The notes: a model not told the origin generated them from the sequence alone. 64,000 nt of DNA from Candidatus Lustribacter sp. (GCA_965277805.1 OZ255842.1:5184001-5248000); one strand, 5' to 3'. Positions 27,569 to 36,769 are shown, counted from the stretch's first letter. Numbers and translations: made by a program.

Positions 27569-28528
27569 ATGAAACGTTTCGGATTCACGCTTGCAGTTGC
27601 GGCAACTGCAGTAGTGCTCGCCGTTCACGTCGCGCAGGGTCAGTCGGCGCTGACCGTGATACGCGCCGTCGGGCCGCCGAACGACGGCTATAAGGCCGTG
27701 TATTACGCGCAGAAGTCCGGCATCTTCAAGAAGTACGGCCTCGACGTGCAGACCTCGATCGTGGCCAGCGGCGCGGCCGCGGCTGCGGCGCTGAGCGGCG
27801 GCGCGGCCGATGTCGCCTACACCAATATTCTCACGCTGGTACAAGCCCACACGCACAACGTGCCGATGACGTTTGTCGCGCCCGGCAACCTGCAGGTCAC
27901 CGGCAAGTCGCAGACCGACATCCTTGTCTTATCCGACTCGCCGATCAAGAGCGGCAAGGATCTCCTCGGCAAGACGCTCGGCTCGGCATCGCTGCGTGAT
28001 ATCAACGCGGCGGCGAGCCTGGCCTGGATCGACAAGACCGGCGGCGATTCGAAAACGCTGAAGGTGGTCGAAGTGCCGGCCTCGGCGGGCGCCGCGTTTC
28101 TCGAAGAGCACCGCGCCGATGCGGTGACCCTCAACGAGCCGGCGGTCAGTTTAGCCGTTGCCACGGGCAAGATCCGTATTCTGGCCGCGCCCTACGATGC
28201 GGTCGGAACCGGCATGACGGCGGGCTTTGCAGCGATGGAGCCGTACGTCGCCGCGAACCGTGACGCAATGGATCGCTTCGCGAAAGCGATGCACGAGTCG
28301 TCGGTGTACACCAACGCGCACCCCGCCGATACCGTCGATATCGTTGCCGCGTACAGCGGCGTCGCTCCCGACGTCGTAGCGAAGAGCGTGCGCTTCAATG
28401 ACGCCGAGTATCTCGAGCCGCGCTACCTGCAGCCGATGATCGACCTGTGCGCGCGCTACCAGCTGATCGACAAAGACTTTCCCGCCGCCGAGGTGATCGC
28501 TAGCGTGGCAGTCAAACCGCCACGCTAA
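27569..28528 (+). CDS. SsuA/THI5(NMT1)-like ABC substrate-binding protein
   Basis: Signal peptide, YAQKSGIFKKYGLDV and SPIKSGKDLLGKTLG. Confidence 0.82.
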   Translation: MKRFGFTLAVAATAVVLAVHVAQGQSALTVIRAVGPPNDGYKAVYYAQKSGIFKKYGLDVQTSIVASGAAAAAALSGGAADVAYTNILTLVQAHTHNVPMTFVAPGNLQVTGKSQTDILVLSDSPIKSGKDLLGKTLGSASLRDINAAASLAWIDKTGGDSKTLKVVEVPASAGAAFLEEHRADAVTLNEPAVSLAVATGKIRILAAPYDAVGTGMTAGFAAMEPYVAANRDAMDRFAKAMHESSVYTNAHPADTVDIVAAYSGVAPDVVAKSVRFNDAEYLEPRYLQPMIDLCARYQLIDKDFPAAEVIASVAVKPPR

Positions 28529-28537
28529 CGCGTCGAC

Positions 28538-28879
28538 TCACATCTCCATCTCGGGGAGAATTTCGATGAAGCCTTTGCGCGCCGCCGGGATCGTGGCGAC
28601 GAGTTTGGCGACGTCGTCGGCGTTCTTGCCCTTGAGTTTGTAGTAGCCCACCAGCGCTTCTTTGCGCGTCGGAAGCTGACCGTTCATGACCTCGGTCTTG
28701 CCGCCGACGACGCGCACCAGGCGCGAGCCGCTGGGATCGACCGGCGACCCGTCGACGAACGTGCCGTCGCCGCGAATTTTTTCGGTGAACGTGCCGTACT
28801 CGGCGTATTCCGCATTGCGTTCGGCGTCGGTCATGTTGAACGTCGCCGGATCCTGATAGAGCAGCACCATGTAGTCCAT
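28538..28879 (-). CDS. YciI/DGPF-like protein
   Basis: MDYMVLLY, KEALVGYY and IPAA..G.IEILP; GAGGGG RBS. Confidence 0.8.
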   Translation of the reverse strand: MDYMVLLYQDPATFNMTDAERNAEYAEYGTFTEKIRGDGTFVDGSPVDPSGSRLVRVVGGKTEVMNGQLPTRKEALVGYYKLKGKNADDVAKLVATIPAARKGFIEILPEMEM

Positions 28880-28936
28880 TGCGATTCCCCTCGTGTCCCA
28901 GGTGCCGGCGACGTCAGCGCCCCCGGTCACACCAGA

Positions 28937-28962
28937 GACGAACGGGAATCGGAAAATCGACA
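28937..28962 (-). promoter_or_regulatory. ECF42-type sigma promoter
   Basis: TGTCGA-N16-CGTC on the minus strand upstream of the YciI gene. Confidence 0.65.
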
Positions 28963-28963
28963 G

Positions 28964-29806
28964 TTAGGCGGAGACGGCGGCGAGGTTTGCGATGGGGCCG
29001 TCGTCGAGCTGCAGGGTCAGGCACTTGGCCGAACCGCCCGACCGGATGAACTCGTCGAGTTCGGTGCAGAAGACGCGGTAGCCGGCGTCGTGCAGGCGTT
29101 CCTGGAGACGGCGGGTCGCGGAGTGCATCACGACCGCATCGTCGACCTCGACCGCGTTGGGCGCCATCGCCAGCGCGTCTTCGAGATCGATTTCGATCAG
29201 ATATTCGGGTTCGATCGCGCGGCGCAAGAGCGCTTGCGCGTGCGGCGAGAACGCGTCCATGTAGGCCATTACGTGGCCGCTCGAAAGCGGGCACAGCGCC
29301 TTGTCGAGGTGGAAGAAGCGCTCGTCGACCAGCAGCAGAGGCAGCACGCGGCAGCCGACGATCTCTTGCAGTTGCAAGGTCGCGTTGCGTTCGCTGCGCC
29401 AGCCGTAACCGACATAACATAGCGGCCGGACGCGGTCGAACATCGCGTCGCCCGCACCTTCGAAATACGTTTGCTGCAGAAAGGTCGTCGCGAGTCCGGC
29501 GCGCGTGAGCGCAGCGCGGAAGATGCCCTGTTCGCGGCGCCGCTCGGGGTGACGGAAGCTCGACACGATCGCCAGGTTGCCGCAGATCAAGCCCGCGTTG
29601 GCGGTGAAGACGAGGTCGGGAACGTGCTCGTTCGCTTCGAGGCGCACGAACTCGACCGCGCCGGCGCAGCCGAGCGTTTCGATGAAGCGATCCCATTGAC
29701 GCTGCGCGTTGGGCGCGGAATAGCCGACGTTCCGCGTCATCCAGGGATTGATGTCGTAGGTGACCGCGTAATGCGTAGGCGGGCACACCAGAAACCGCTT
29801 CGACAT
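28964..29806 (-). CDS. Amidinotransferase/pentein family hydrolase (ArgZ/AgrE arginine dihydrolase-like)
   Basis: YDINPWM, PDLVFTANAG, FEGAGD, FFHLD and GGSAKCLTL. Confidence 0.85.
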   Translation of the reverse strand: MSKRFLVCPPTHYAVTYDINPWMTRNVGYSAPNAQRQWDRFIETLGCAGAVEFVRLEANEHVPDLVFTANAGLICGNLAIVSSFRHPERRREQGIFRAALTRAGLATTFLQQTYFEGAGDAMFDRVRPLCYVGYGWRSERNATLQLQEIVGCRVLPLLLVDERFFHLDKALCPLSSGHVMAYMDAFSPHAQALLRRAIEPEYLIEIDLEDALAMAPNAVEVDDAVVMHSATRRLQERLHDAGYRVFCTELDEFIRSGGSAKCLTLQLDDGPIANLAAVSA

Positions 29807-29926
29807 GCCCCAATGGTACCTTAGTCGTACGCGTGCGACATTCGACAAACGGTCAATCGTTTTCGGTGCGCGACGCCATCCGGCCGGGGAAGGTTCGTTT
29901 TCGCGCCGCCGAAGCAGACCACTTAT

Positions 29927-30370
29927 ATGAAGATGCTGCTCGCTGCCGTGACGCTTGCTCTAGTGATCGGGACCGGCGCCGCGTTTGCTGCCTCGCCGGC
30001 ACCGGCCGCGCAACCTGGGAAAGTAGGACAGAAAATGGAGACGCCGAGCGGGCTCGAGTACGTCGACGAGGTGATCGGTACGGGCGCCGAGCCGAAGACC
30101 GGTCAACACGTCACCGTGCACTACGTCGGTACGTTGACGAACGGCACCAAGTTCGATAGCTCGCGCGATCGCAACGAACCGTTCACGTTCGTGATCGGCG
30201 AGGGTGAGGTCATCAAGGGCTGGGATGAGGGCGTTGCCACGATGCGCGTGGGCGGCAAGCGCAAGTTGACGGTCCCGCCGCAGCTCGGTTACGGCTCGCA
30301 GGGCGCCGGCGGAGTAATCCCGCCGAACGCCACGCTGATCTTCGACGTCGAACTGCTGGGTGTTAAGTAG
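29927..30370 (+). CDS. FKBP-type peptidyl-prolyl isomerase, exported
   Basis: [22 protein letters not shown] and [14 protein letters not shown]. Confidence 0.95.
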   Translation: MKMLLAAVTLALVIGTGAAFAASPAPAAQPGKVGQKMETPSGLEYVDEVIGTGAEPKTGQHVTVHYVGTLTNGTKFDSSRDRNEPFTFVIGEGEVIKGWDEGVATMRVGGKRKLTVPPQLGYGSQGAGGVIPPNATLIFDVELLGVK

Positions 30371-30371
30371 T

Positions 30372-30416
30372 GGATCGCTAAAGCGGTCCTTCGCGTTTGG
30401 GCTTTGCCCAAGCCGC
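30372..30416. repeat. Two-hairpin dispersed repeat, copy 2
   Basis: GGATCGC-TAAA-GCGGTCC TTC GCGTTTGGGC-TTT-GCCCAAGCCGC. Confidence 0.75.
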
Positions 30417-30421
30417 CCGTT

Positions 30422-30727
30422 TTAACGTACGTCGATCGAGACGTCGTCGCCGTTCACGGTCACGGGGTAGACCGGTAACGGAGAGACGGCCGGCAGGGTC
30501 AGCGCCTTGCCGGTCGTGACGTCGAAGAACGCGCCGTGACGCGGGCACATGATGCGGCAGCCGTCGAGTTCGCCGCCGTCGAGCGCGCCGCCGTCGTGCG
30601 TGCAGACGTCTTCAACGGCGTACAGTTCGCCCGCGACGTTGCACAGCAGCACCGGGACCCCGTCGACCACGACCCGCTGCATCGAGCCGGGGGCGATCGC
30701 ACTCTTGTGTGCGACCGGTCCGCTCAC
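30422..30727 (-). CDS. Rieske-type [2Fe-2S] ferredoxin
   Basis: CTH...CPRH Rieske ligands. Confidence 0.92.
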   Translation of the reverse strand: MSGPVAHKSAIAPGSMQRVVVDGVPVLLCNVAGELYAVEDVCTHDGGALDGGELDGCRIMCPRHGAFFDVTTGKALTLPAVSPLPVYPVTVNGDDVSIDVR

Positions 30728-31044
30728 TTCGCGTCGTCGCTCGAGTGGGTTTCGAAGACGTCCTGGCCGTTGCCGGCGTGATGCGCGGCGGGCGTGCGTT
30801 TCGGTGCCGGCGCCGGCGTGACGAGGTAACGGTCGACGATGCTGCCGTCGATGACGACCGGATACGACGTACCGTTACGATTGCCGTACCGGTGATGAGA
30901 GGTCGGCATCGGGTGCGGCCGCCGGACCGGCGGTATCGTACGCGTGTTCGGCGGTAGCGGCTGCTGGTTGACCGGCTGTGCCGATAGTGCTGCGGGCGCC
31001 GCAAAGAGCGCGCACGCAGCGAGAACGGCCCCGAGCGGGCGCAT
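30724..31044 (-). CDS. Small secreted Pro-rich hypothetical protein
   Basis: Signal peptide; TAATG overlap with sufB and GTGA overlap with the ferredoxin. Confidence 0.65.
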   Translation of the reverse strand: MRPLGAVLAACALFAAPAALSAQPVNQQPLPPNTRTIPPVRRPHPMPTSHHRYGNRNGTSYPVVIDGSIVDRYLVTPAPAPKRTPAAHHAGNGQDVFETHSSDDAK

Positions 31045-32465
31045 TAGCCGACCGAGCCTTCCATTTCCATCTTGATCAAACGGTTGAGTTCGACCGCGTA
31101 TTCCATCGGCAGTTCCTTGACGAAGAAGTCGAAGAACCCGTTGACGATCATGGCGGTCGCATCGGCTTCGCTCAAGCCGCGGCTCATCGCGTAGAAGAGC
31201 TGTTCTTCGCCGATCTTCGAAACCGAGGCTTCGTGTTCGACGGTCGAGTGCTGCTCGTCGATCTTCATCGTCGGCTTGGTATCCGATGACGAACGGTCGT
31301 CCATGATCAGCGCATCGCATTTGACGCGCGTCTTGGCGCCGACGGCACCCTTATGGATCTCGACCAGGCCGCGATACGTCGTCTTGCCGCCGTGTGCGGA
31401 GACCGACTTGTTCGTAACGACCGACGTCGTGTTCGGCGCACCGTGAATGACCTTCGCGCCGGCGTCCTGATGCTGGCCTTCGCCCGAAAACGCCGCCGAG
31501 AGGATCTCGCCGCGCGCGCCTTCGCCCATCAGATAGATCGCCGGGTACTTCATCGTAAGACGCGAGCCGATGTTGCCGTCGACCCATTCGACGGTCGCGT
31601 TCTTGTGCGCGACGGCGCGCTTCGTGACGAGGTTATAGATGTTCCGGTACCAGTTCTGAATCGTGGTGTACCGGATCGAGGCGCCTTCCATCGCGATCAG
31701 CTCGACGACGGCCGAGTGCAGCGACGAGGTGGAGAACTTCGGCGCCGTGCAGCCCTCGATGTAGTGAACCTTCGAGCCCTTGTCGGCGATGATCAGCGTG
31801 CGCTCGAACTGGCCCATGTTTTCCGTGTTGATGCGGAAGTAGGCCTGGAGCGGCATCTTCACTTCGACGCCCGGCGGCACGTAGACGAACGATCCGCCCG
31901 ACCACACGGCGCTGTTGAGCGCGGCGAACTTGTTGTCTTGGACCGGAATGACGGTCGCGAGATATTTCTGGACGATCTCGGGATACTGCTTGAGCGCGGT
32001 ATCCATGTCGCAGAACAGCACACCGTCTTTTTCGAGTTCCTCGATGACGGAGTGGTAGACGACTTCCGATTCGTACTGGGCCGAGACCCCGGACAAGAAC
32101 TTGCGCTCGGCTTCGGGGATCCCGAGGCGGTCGAACGTCTTCTTGATGTCGTCGGGGACGTCGTCCCACGACTGCTCGGTCCGGTCGGACGACCGCACGA
32201 AGTAGTGGATGTTGTCGAAATCGATGTCGTTGAGGGCTTCGGTATCGCCCCACGTCGGCATCGGCTTGTCGCGGAAGACCTGAAGCGCGTTCAGCCGGAA
32301 CTCGCGCATCCACGCGGGCTCGTCCTTCATCTCGGAAATGCGCTCGACGATCTCCCGGGTCAGCCCCTTGGCTGACTTGAAGACGTACTTGTCTTCCGAG
32401 TCATGAAACCCGTGCCGGTACTCCTCGATGAGGTCTTCGGGCTGGGTCTTCAGTTCAACGGCCAT
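31044..32465 (-). CDS. sufB: Fe-S cluster assembly protein SufB
   Basis: [40 protein letters not shown] and ELPMEYAVE. Confidence 0.96.
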   Translation of the reverse strand: MAVELKTQPEDLIEEYRHGFHDSEDKYVFKSAKGLTREIVERISEMKDEPAWMREFRLNALQVFRDKPMPTWGDTEALNDIDFDNIHYFVRSSDRTEQSWDDVPDDIKKTFDRLGIPEAERKFLSGVSAQYESEVVYHSVIEELEKDGVLFCDMDTALKQYPEIVQKYLATVIPVQDNKFAALNSAVWSGGSFVYVPPGVEVKMPLQAYFRINTENMGQFERTLIIADKGSKVHYIEGCTAPKFSTSSLHSAVVELIAMEGASIRYTTIQNWYRNIYNLVTKRAVAHKNATVEWVDGNIGSRLTMKYPAIYLMGEGARGEILSAAFSGEGQHQDAGAKVIHGAPNTTSVVTNKSVSAHGGKTTYRGLVEIHKGAVGAKTRVKCDALIMDDRSSSDTKPTMKIDEQHSTVEHEASVSKIGEEQLFYAMSRGLSEADATAMIVNGFFDFFVKELPMEYAVELNRLIKMEMEGSVG

Positions 32466-32603
32466 ATCAGGTTAAGGGTACCCCTCGGGACAACGTTCGT
32501 CAAGATAGTCCAGGCCTATCTTAATTATCTGGGCCGGATTGTCTCCCGAGCTTGTCCGGAGGGCGTCCGAAACCCCTGCTTGCCTTGGACGTGCGCCGGG
32601 CCC

Positions 32604-32632
32604 TTTACATAGGGGGGGTGGGGGGGTATGAT
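32604..32632 (+). promoter_or_regulatory. Sigma-70 promoter with G7-T-G7 spacer
   Basis: TTTACA-17 nt-TATGAT. Confidence 0.75.
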
Positions 32633-32868
32633 GTGCGTCGGTGTTACCGGACCCCGGTTGAGTTAGCCGGGGTTTTTTAGTCGAAATCGTGGGGGACGGC
32701 GCGCCCAACGCGCCTGCGCAGTGGAACGTTCGCTTGCCAAAAAGGGGCAATGCCGACAAGAGTTCGCTGAAAGGTCGCAAGCGAGACGGTGTACCGCACG
32801 CGCTTGACGACGCGCCTGGAGGTGGGATTTCCCAACCGATAGATCTGTTCTAAGGAGCAAACCAAGAA

Positions 32869-33285
32869 TTGAAAGCACTCGGTACGCACATCGTTTGCGA
32901 GCTGTCCGGCTGTAATGCCGCAATGCTCACCGACGTCGACGCGGTCGCTGAAATGATGGAGCAGGCGGCTCTGGAAGCCAACGCCACTCCGATCACCAAG
33001 GCGTTTCACCGGTTCCAGCCGCAAGGCGTCTCCGGCGTCGTCGTCATCCAAGAATCGCACCTGTCGATTCACACCTGGCCTGAGACCGGTTATGCCGCGA
33101 TGGATTTTTACACATGCGGCGATCACACGGACCCCTGGGCGGCCTGCGAATATGCAGCCAAGATTCTCCGCGCAACGAACATGCGCACGACCGAAGTGAA
33201 ACGCGGGATCGAAGCCTCCCGCGGCCAGTTCACCCACGTGGTCACGACCGACGGCGAGGAACGCTCCCTCGAGCGTACCGCCTAG
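32869..33285 (+). CDS. speD: S-adenosylmethionine decarboxylase proenzyme (SpeH-type)
   Basis: QGVSGVVVIQESHLSIHTWPE and DFYTCG; TAAGGAG RBS. Confidence 0.95.
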   Translation: MKALGTHIVCELSGCNAAMLTDVDAVAEMMEQAALEANATPITKAFHRFQPQGVSGVVVIQESHLSIHTWPETGYAAMDFYTCGDHTDPWAACEYAAKILRATNMRTTEVKRGIEASRGQFTHVVTTDGEERSLERTA

Positions 33286-33310
33286 CCCCGACCCTTCCGC
33301 GCCGGAACCG

Positions 33311-33340
33311 AAGCGCTGCTGCAAAGCGGCGCTTTTTTTT
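33311..33340 (+). terminator. Intrinsic terminator between speD and speE
   Basis: AAGCGCTGCT-GCAA-AGCGGCGCTT stem followed by a T-run. Confidence 0.75.
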
Positions 33341-33384
33341 GCGACCAATGGTCCGGCGGGCTCTTTCACTAATACGAACCGCCC

Positions 33385-34272
33385 ATGCCGAAAACCGAAC
33401 ATTATCAGTGGTACGTCGAGCAGTTCGCCGACACCGAACTGCATCATCACGCGATCGACGAACTGTACTATGCCGGGAAGACGCCGTTCCAGTCGGTGGC
33501 CGTGCTGCGCACGGCGGTGTTCGGCAAGATGCTGGTACTCGACGGGGATACGCAGAGCTCGCAGGCCGACGAGAAGATCTACCATGAGTCGCTCGTGCAT
33601 CCGGCACTCGCGGCGAGTGCGGGCCGGCGCGAGGTGCTGATCCTGGGCGGCGGCGAGGGCGCGACGCTGCGCGAGGTGTTGCGGCATCCCGAGGTCGTGC
33701 GCTGCACGATGGTCGACATCGACGGCGAAGTCGTCGAGTTATCCAAAAAATACTTGCCCGAATGGTCGGCCGGCGCATTCGAGGATCCGCGTGCGAACGT
33801 CATCATCGGCGACGCGCTGGCGTTCATTAAGCAGCCCGGTACCTTCGATGCGATCATCTCCGATCTCACCGAGCCGCTGCCCGATTCGCCGTCGTTTCCG
33901 CTCTTCAACGGCGAGGTGTTTCGCGACATCAAGGCGCGCCTCGCGCCGGGCGGCGTGTACGTGCTGCAAGCGAGTACGGCCGGCTTTCACAACATGGCGC
34001 TGCACGCCAAAATGGCGCGCTCGCTGCGCGCGCACTTCAAACACGTCGCGAGTTTCTTCACCCACGTGCCGGCCTTCGACAACGACTGGGCCTTCATCGC
34101 GTGCAGCGACGCGCACGACGTCGCGGCGCTCGAGCCGTCGAAGATCGATGCCTACACGGGCCAACTGTGCGGCGAGAATTTCTTCTACGACGGTCAAACG
34201 CACCGGCGCCTGTTCAGCCTGCCGCTGTACCTGCGCCGCGAGCTCGCGAAGCCGGGCGACGTTTTTTCGTAG
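33385..34272 (+). CDS. speE: Spermidine synthase / polyamine aminopropyltransferase
   Basis: LVLDG, YHESLVHP, LGGGEGATLREV, VDID and IISDLTEP. Confidence 0.92.
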   Translation: MPKTEHYQWYVEQFADTELHHHAIDELYYAGKTPFQSVAVLRTAVFGKMLVLDGDTQSSQADEKIYHESLVHPALAASAGRREVLILGGGEGATLREVLRHPEVVRCTMVDIDGEVVELSKKYLPEWSAGAFEDPRANVIIGDALAFIKQPGTFDAIISDLTEPLPDSPSFPLFNGEVFRDIKARLAPGGVYVLQASTAGFHNMALHAKMARSLRAHFKHVASFFTHVPAFDNDWAFIACSDAHDVAALEPSKIDAYTGQLCGENFFYDGQTHRRLFSLPLYLRRELAKPGDVFS

Positions 34273-34279
34273 TGCCCGC

Positions 34280-35377
34280 ATGATGGATGAAGAGCCGCTG
34301 CGGCGGACGGCGCTGTTCGAGGTGCACCGCGCGCTCGGCGCGCGTATCGTGCCGTTCGGCGGCTTCGAGATGCCGGTGCAGTATGCCGGCATCTTGGCCG
34401 AACACGAAGCCGTGCGCAAACGCGCGGGGCTGTTCGATCTCTCGCACATGGCGCAGTTCGAACTGCGCGGCGGCGACGCCGGCGCGTGGGCCGACGAGCT
34501 CACCGTGAATCACGTCGGCACGATGAAACCGTTTCAGGCGCGCTACAACATCTTCACCAACGCCGCCGGCGGCGCGCTCGACGACGTGATCTTCTACCGC
34601 TTGCCCGACCGCTGGCTCCTGATCGTCAATGCCGGCAACGCGCACAAGATGTGGGCGTACTTGGAAGCGCAGCGCCGCGGTGACGTGCAGCTCGCCGATC
34701 TGCGCGGCGAAACCGCGTTGCTCGCGGTACAGGGCCCGCGCAGCGTCGAGGTGCTCGCGCCGCTGGTTGCGGGCGACATCGCGGCGCTCAAATACTATAC
34801 GTGCATCGAAACGGCGGCCGGCGGCGTGCCGGCGATCGTGGCGCGTACGGGCTATACGGGTGAGGATGGTTTCGAGGTGTTCTTGGCGGCCGATGCGGCC
34901 GTGAGTTTGTGGGATGCGTTGCTGACCGAACATCGCGGCGTGTTGGCACCGTGCGGGCTCGGAGCGCGCGACGTTTTGCGGCTGGAAGCCGGTATGCCGC
35001 TCTACGGCCACGAGCTGACCGAAGAGATCACGCCGCTGCAAGCCGGTCTCGGCTGGGCGGTGAAGTTCGCGAAACCATCTTTCACCGGCAAAGCGGCGCT
35101 GGAAGCGCAGGCGGCCGCGGACGCGTATCCGCGCATCGCCGGCGTCGTACTGGACGGGCGCGTTCCGGTGCGCGCCGGCTATCGCGTGCTGCGCGACGGT
35201 GCCGACGTGGGCGAAATTCGCAGCGGTTCGATCGCACCGTCCGTCGGGAACCAGAGCATCGGCACCGCGCTCATCGATGCGGTGAGTGCAACCGTGGGAA
35301 CCCGTCTGGGAGTCGAAGTGCGCGGCACCGAACATCCGGCGACGACGGTCGCATTACCGTTCTACAAGCGAGGCTAA
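34280..35377 (+). CDS. gcvT: Glycine cleavage T protein
   Basis: GLFDLSHM, RTGYTGEDGFE and GLGARDVLRLEAG. Confidence 0.95.
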   Translation: MMDEEPLRRTALFEVHRALGARIVPFGGFEMPVQYAGILAEHEAVRKRAGLFDLSHMAQFELRGGDAGAWADELTVNHVGTMKPFQARYNIFTNAAGGALDDVIFYRLPDRWLLIVNAGNAHKMWAYLEAQRRGDVQLADLRGETALLAVQGPRSVEVLAPLVAGDIAALKYYTCIETAAGGVPAIVARTGYTGEDGFEVFLAADAAVSLWDALLTEHRGVLAPCGLGARDVLRLEAGMPLYGHELTEEITPLQAGLGWAVKFAKPSFTGKAALEAQAAADAYPRIAGVVLDGRVPVRAGYRVLRDGADVGEIRSGSIAPSVGNQSIGTALIDAVSATVGTRLGVEVRGTEHPATTVALPFYKRG

Positions 35378-35763
35378 TGGTGGCACAACCGGCGGGACTG
35401 CTCTTCAGCAAAGACCACGAATGGGTGAAGCTGGACGGCGACATCGCAACGATCGGCATTTCCGACTACGCTCAACATTCGCTCGGCGATATCGTTTACG
35501 TGGAGCTGCCGCGCGTCGGCGCGACGCTGAAGCAATTTGCCGGCATCGGCGTCGTCGAGTCGGTGAAGGCCGTCTCGGATATCTTCACGCCGCTCGGCGG
35601 TGAAGTGCTCGAGATCAACCCCGCGGTCGAAGCCGATGCGTCGCTGGTCAACCGCGAACCCTACGACGGCGGCTGGTTCTACAAACTCAAGCTCAGCGAT
35701 GATTCGGAAAAGCAAAACCTGATGTCGGGCGACGAGTACGATAAGTTGATCGCCGAGGCCTAA
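35377..35763 (+). CDS. gcvH: Glycine cleavage H protein
   Basis: HEWV, LGDIVYVELP and ESVKAVSD (lipoyl lysine). Confidence 0.96.
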   Translation: MVAQPAGLLFSKDHEWVKLDGDIATIGISDYAQHSLGDIVYVELPRVGATLKQFAGIGVVESVKAVSDIFTPLGGEVLEINPAVEADASLVNREPYDGGWFYKLKLSDDSEKQNLMSGDEYDKLIAEA

Positions 35764-35767
35764 GCCC

Positions 35768-36691
35768 TTAGACCTCGGCTTCCGCCTGCGCTTCTCGCAG
35801 ATAGGAATCGCGCCAGGCGGTGGTGCTGTAAAGCCGGGACCCGAGATTTACGTGCCTCAGCCTTCCGCGCTGCGTTGCCTTGTGCAGCGCTTCGAGTGAG
35901 AGCGGTCCCACGAGTGCCGAGAGCGGGAGCAGGTCGGGCGGAGCCGCCATGCGTTCGAGGTTCCGCTGCACGCTGCGCGCCACGTAGAACGCGAGCGGAT
36001 AGTAGTTACCGGCGTCCGCCTGTGTAAGTGCGATGCGATATTGCCGGATCGACCGCGGCGGGATCGTTGCGAAGGGCAAGCCCAGGCGCGTGAGCAGAAG
36101 GTTGAGGGCCAGGCGCGCGACGCGTCCGTTGCCGGACGAGAACGGACGAATGCGCTCCAGACGCTCTTGGAACATCGCGAGCCAGAGAAATTGCGGCGCC
36201 GACTCAGCCGGTCCGTGCCCCAAGTGATCGACCAGCGCGGCGACCTCCGAAACGATCAGGGACGGCGGCGTTGGGATGACGCCGCTGCGCACCGGACGGG
36301 CGTTGTGGGTGCGCCACGCGCCGGGCATCGCCGAGCTGTCGACGAGCGTGGTGCCGCCGGTGACGCGAGCGTGCAATTGCCGGATCTCGGCGACCGTGAT
36401 GAGCGCGCCCGAAGCCCGCGGCCGTTGGCTTTGCACCCAGGCCGAGGCTCGTCCGTACCCCCACGCCAGCAGATAATCGCGGAAGGCGCGATCGCCGGCC
36501 ACCACCCCGCGCTGTAAGAGCGCGCGGATTTGAGCGAGCGTCATGGCGGAGCCGGCCAGGATGCACGAGCCCCACACCTCCTCGAGGCGTAGAGTGAACT
36601 TGATCTGTTCTGCAACATCAGCGGGACGAGCGCTCTCCGCCTGCGCCGCCATCGCGGCTTCGAGCGATCGTAACTTCGCTTCGGCGTTCAC
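35768..36691 (-). CDS. Fic-domain protein with degenerate motif and C-terminal HTH-like region
   Basis: IRPFSSGNGRVAR versus canonical HPFxDGNGRxxR. Confidence 0.82.
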   Translation of the reverse strand: MNAEAKLRSLEAAMAAQAESARPADVAEQIKFTLRLEEVWGSCILAGSAMTLAQIRALLQRGVVAGDRAFRDYLLAWGYGRASAWVQSQRPRASGALITVAEIRQLHARVTGGTTLVDSSAMPGAWRTHNARPVRSGVIPTPPSLIVSEVAALVDHLGHGPAESAPQFLWLAMFQERLERIRPFSSGNGRVARLALNLLLTRLGLPFATIPPRSIRQYRIALTQADAGNYYPLAFYVARSVQRNLERMAAPPDLLPLSALVGPLSLEALHKATQRGRLRHVNLGSRLYSTTAWRDSYLREAQAEAEV

Positions 36692-36769
36692 CTGTCCATA
36701 TTATATAAATTCGGCTAATTTGGACAGCTTTTCCGGTTCTTGCGCTAGGCATGCCCCGATGCTTGAACC

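Noticed and set aside
30372-30416. Dispersed repeats considered as CRISPR repeats
   Set aside because: Copies are kilobases apart, with no spacer array and no cas genes
32689-32853. 54-codon GTG ORF in the speD leader
   Set aside because: No RBS or recognisable protein features; likely a chance open frame
36680-36712. TTATATAAAT resembling a XerD arm of dif
   Set aside because: No XerC arm; better explained as the fic promoter
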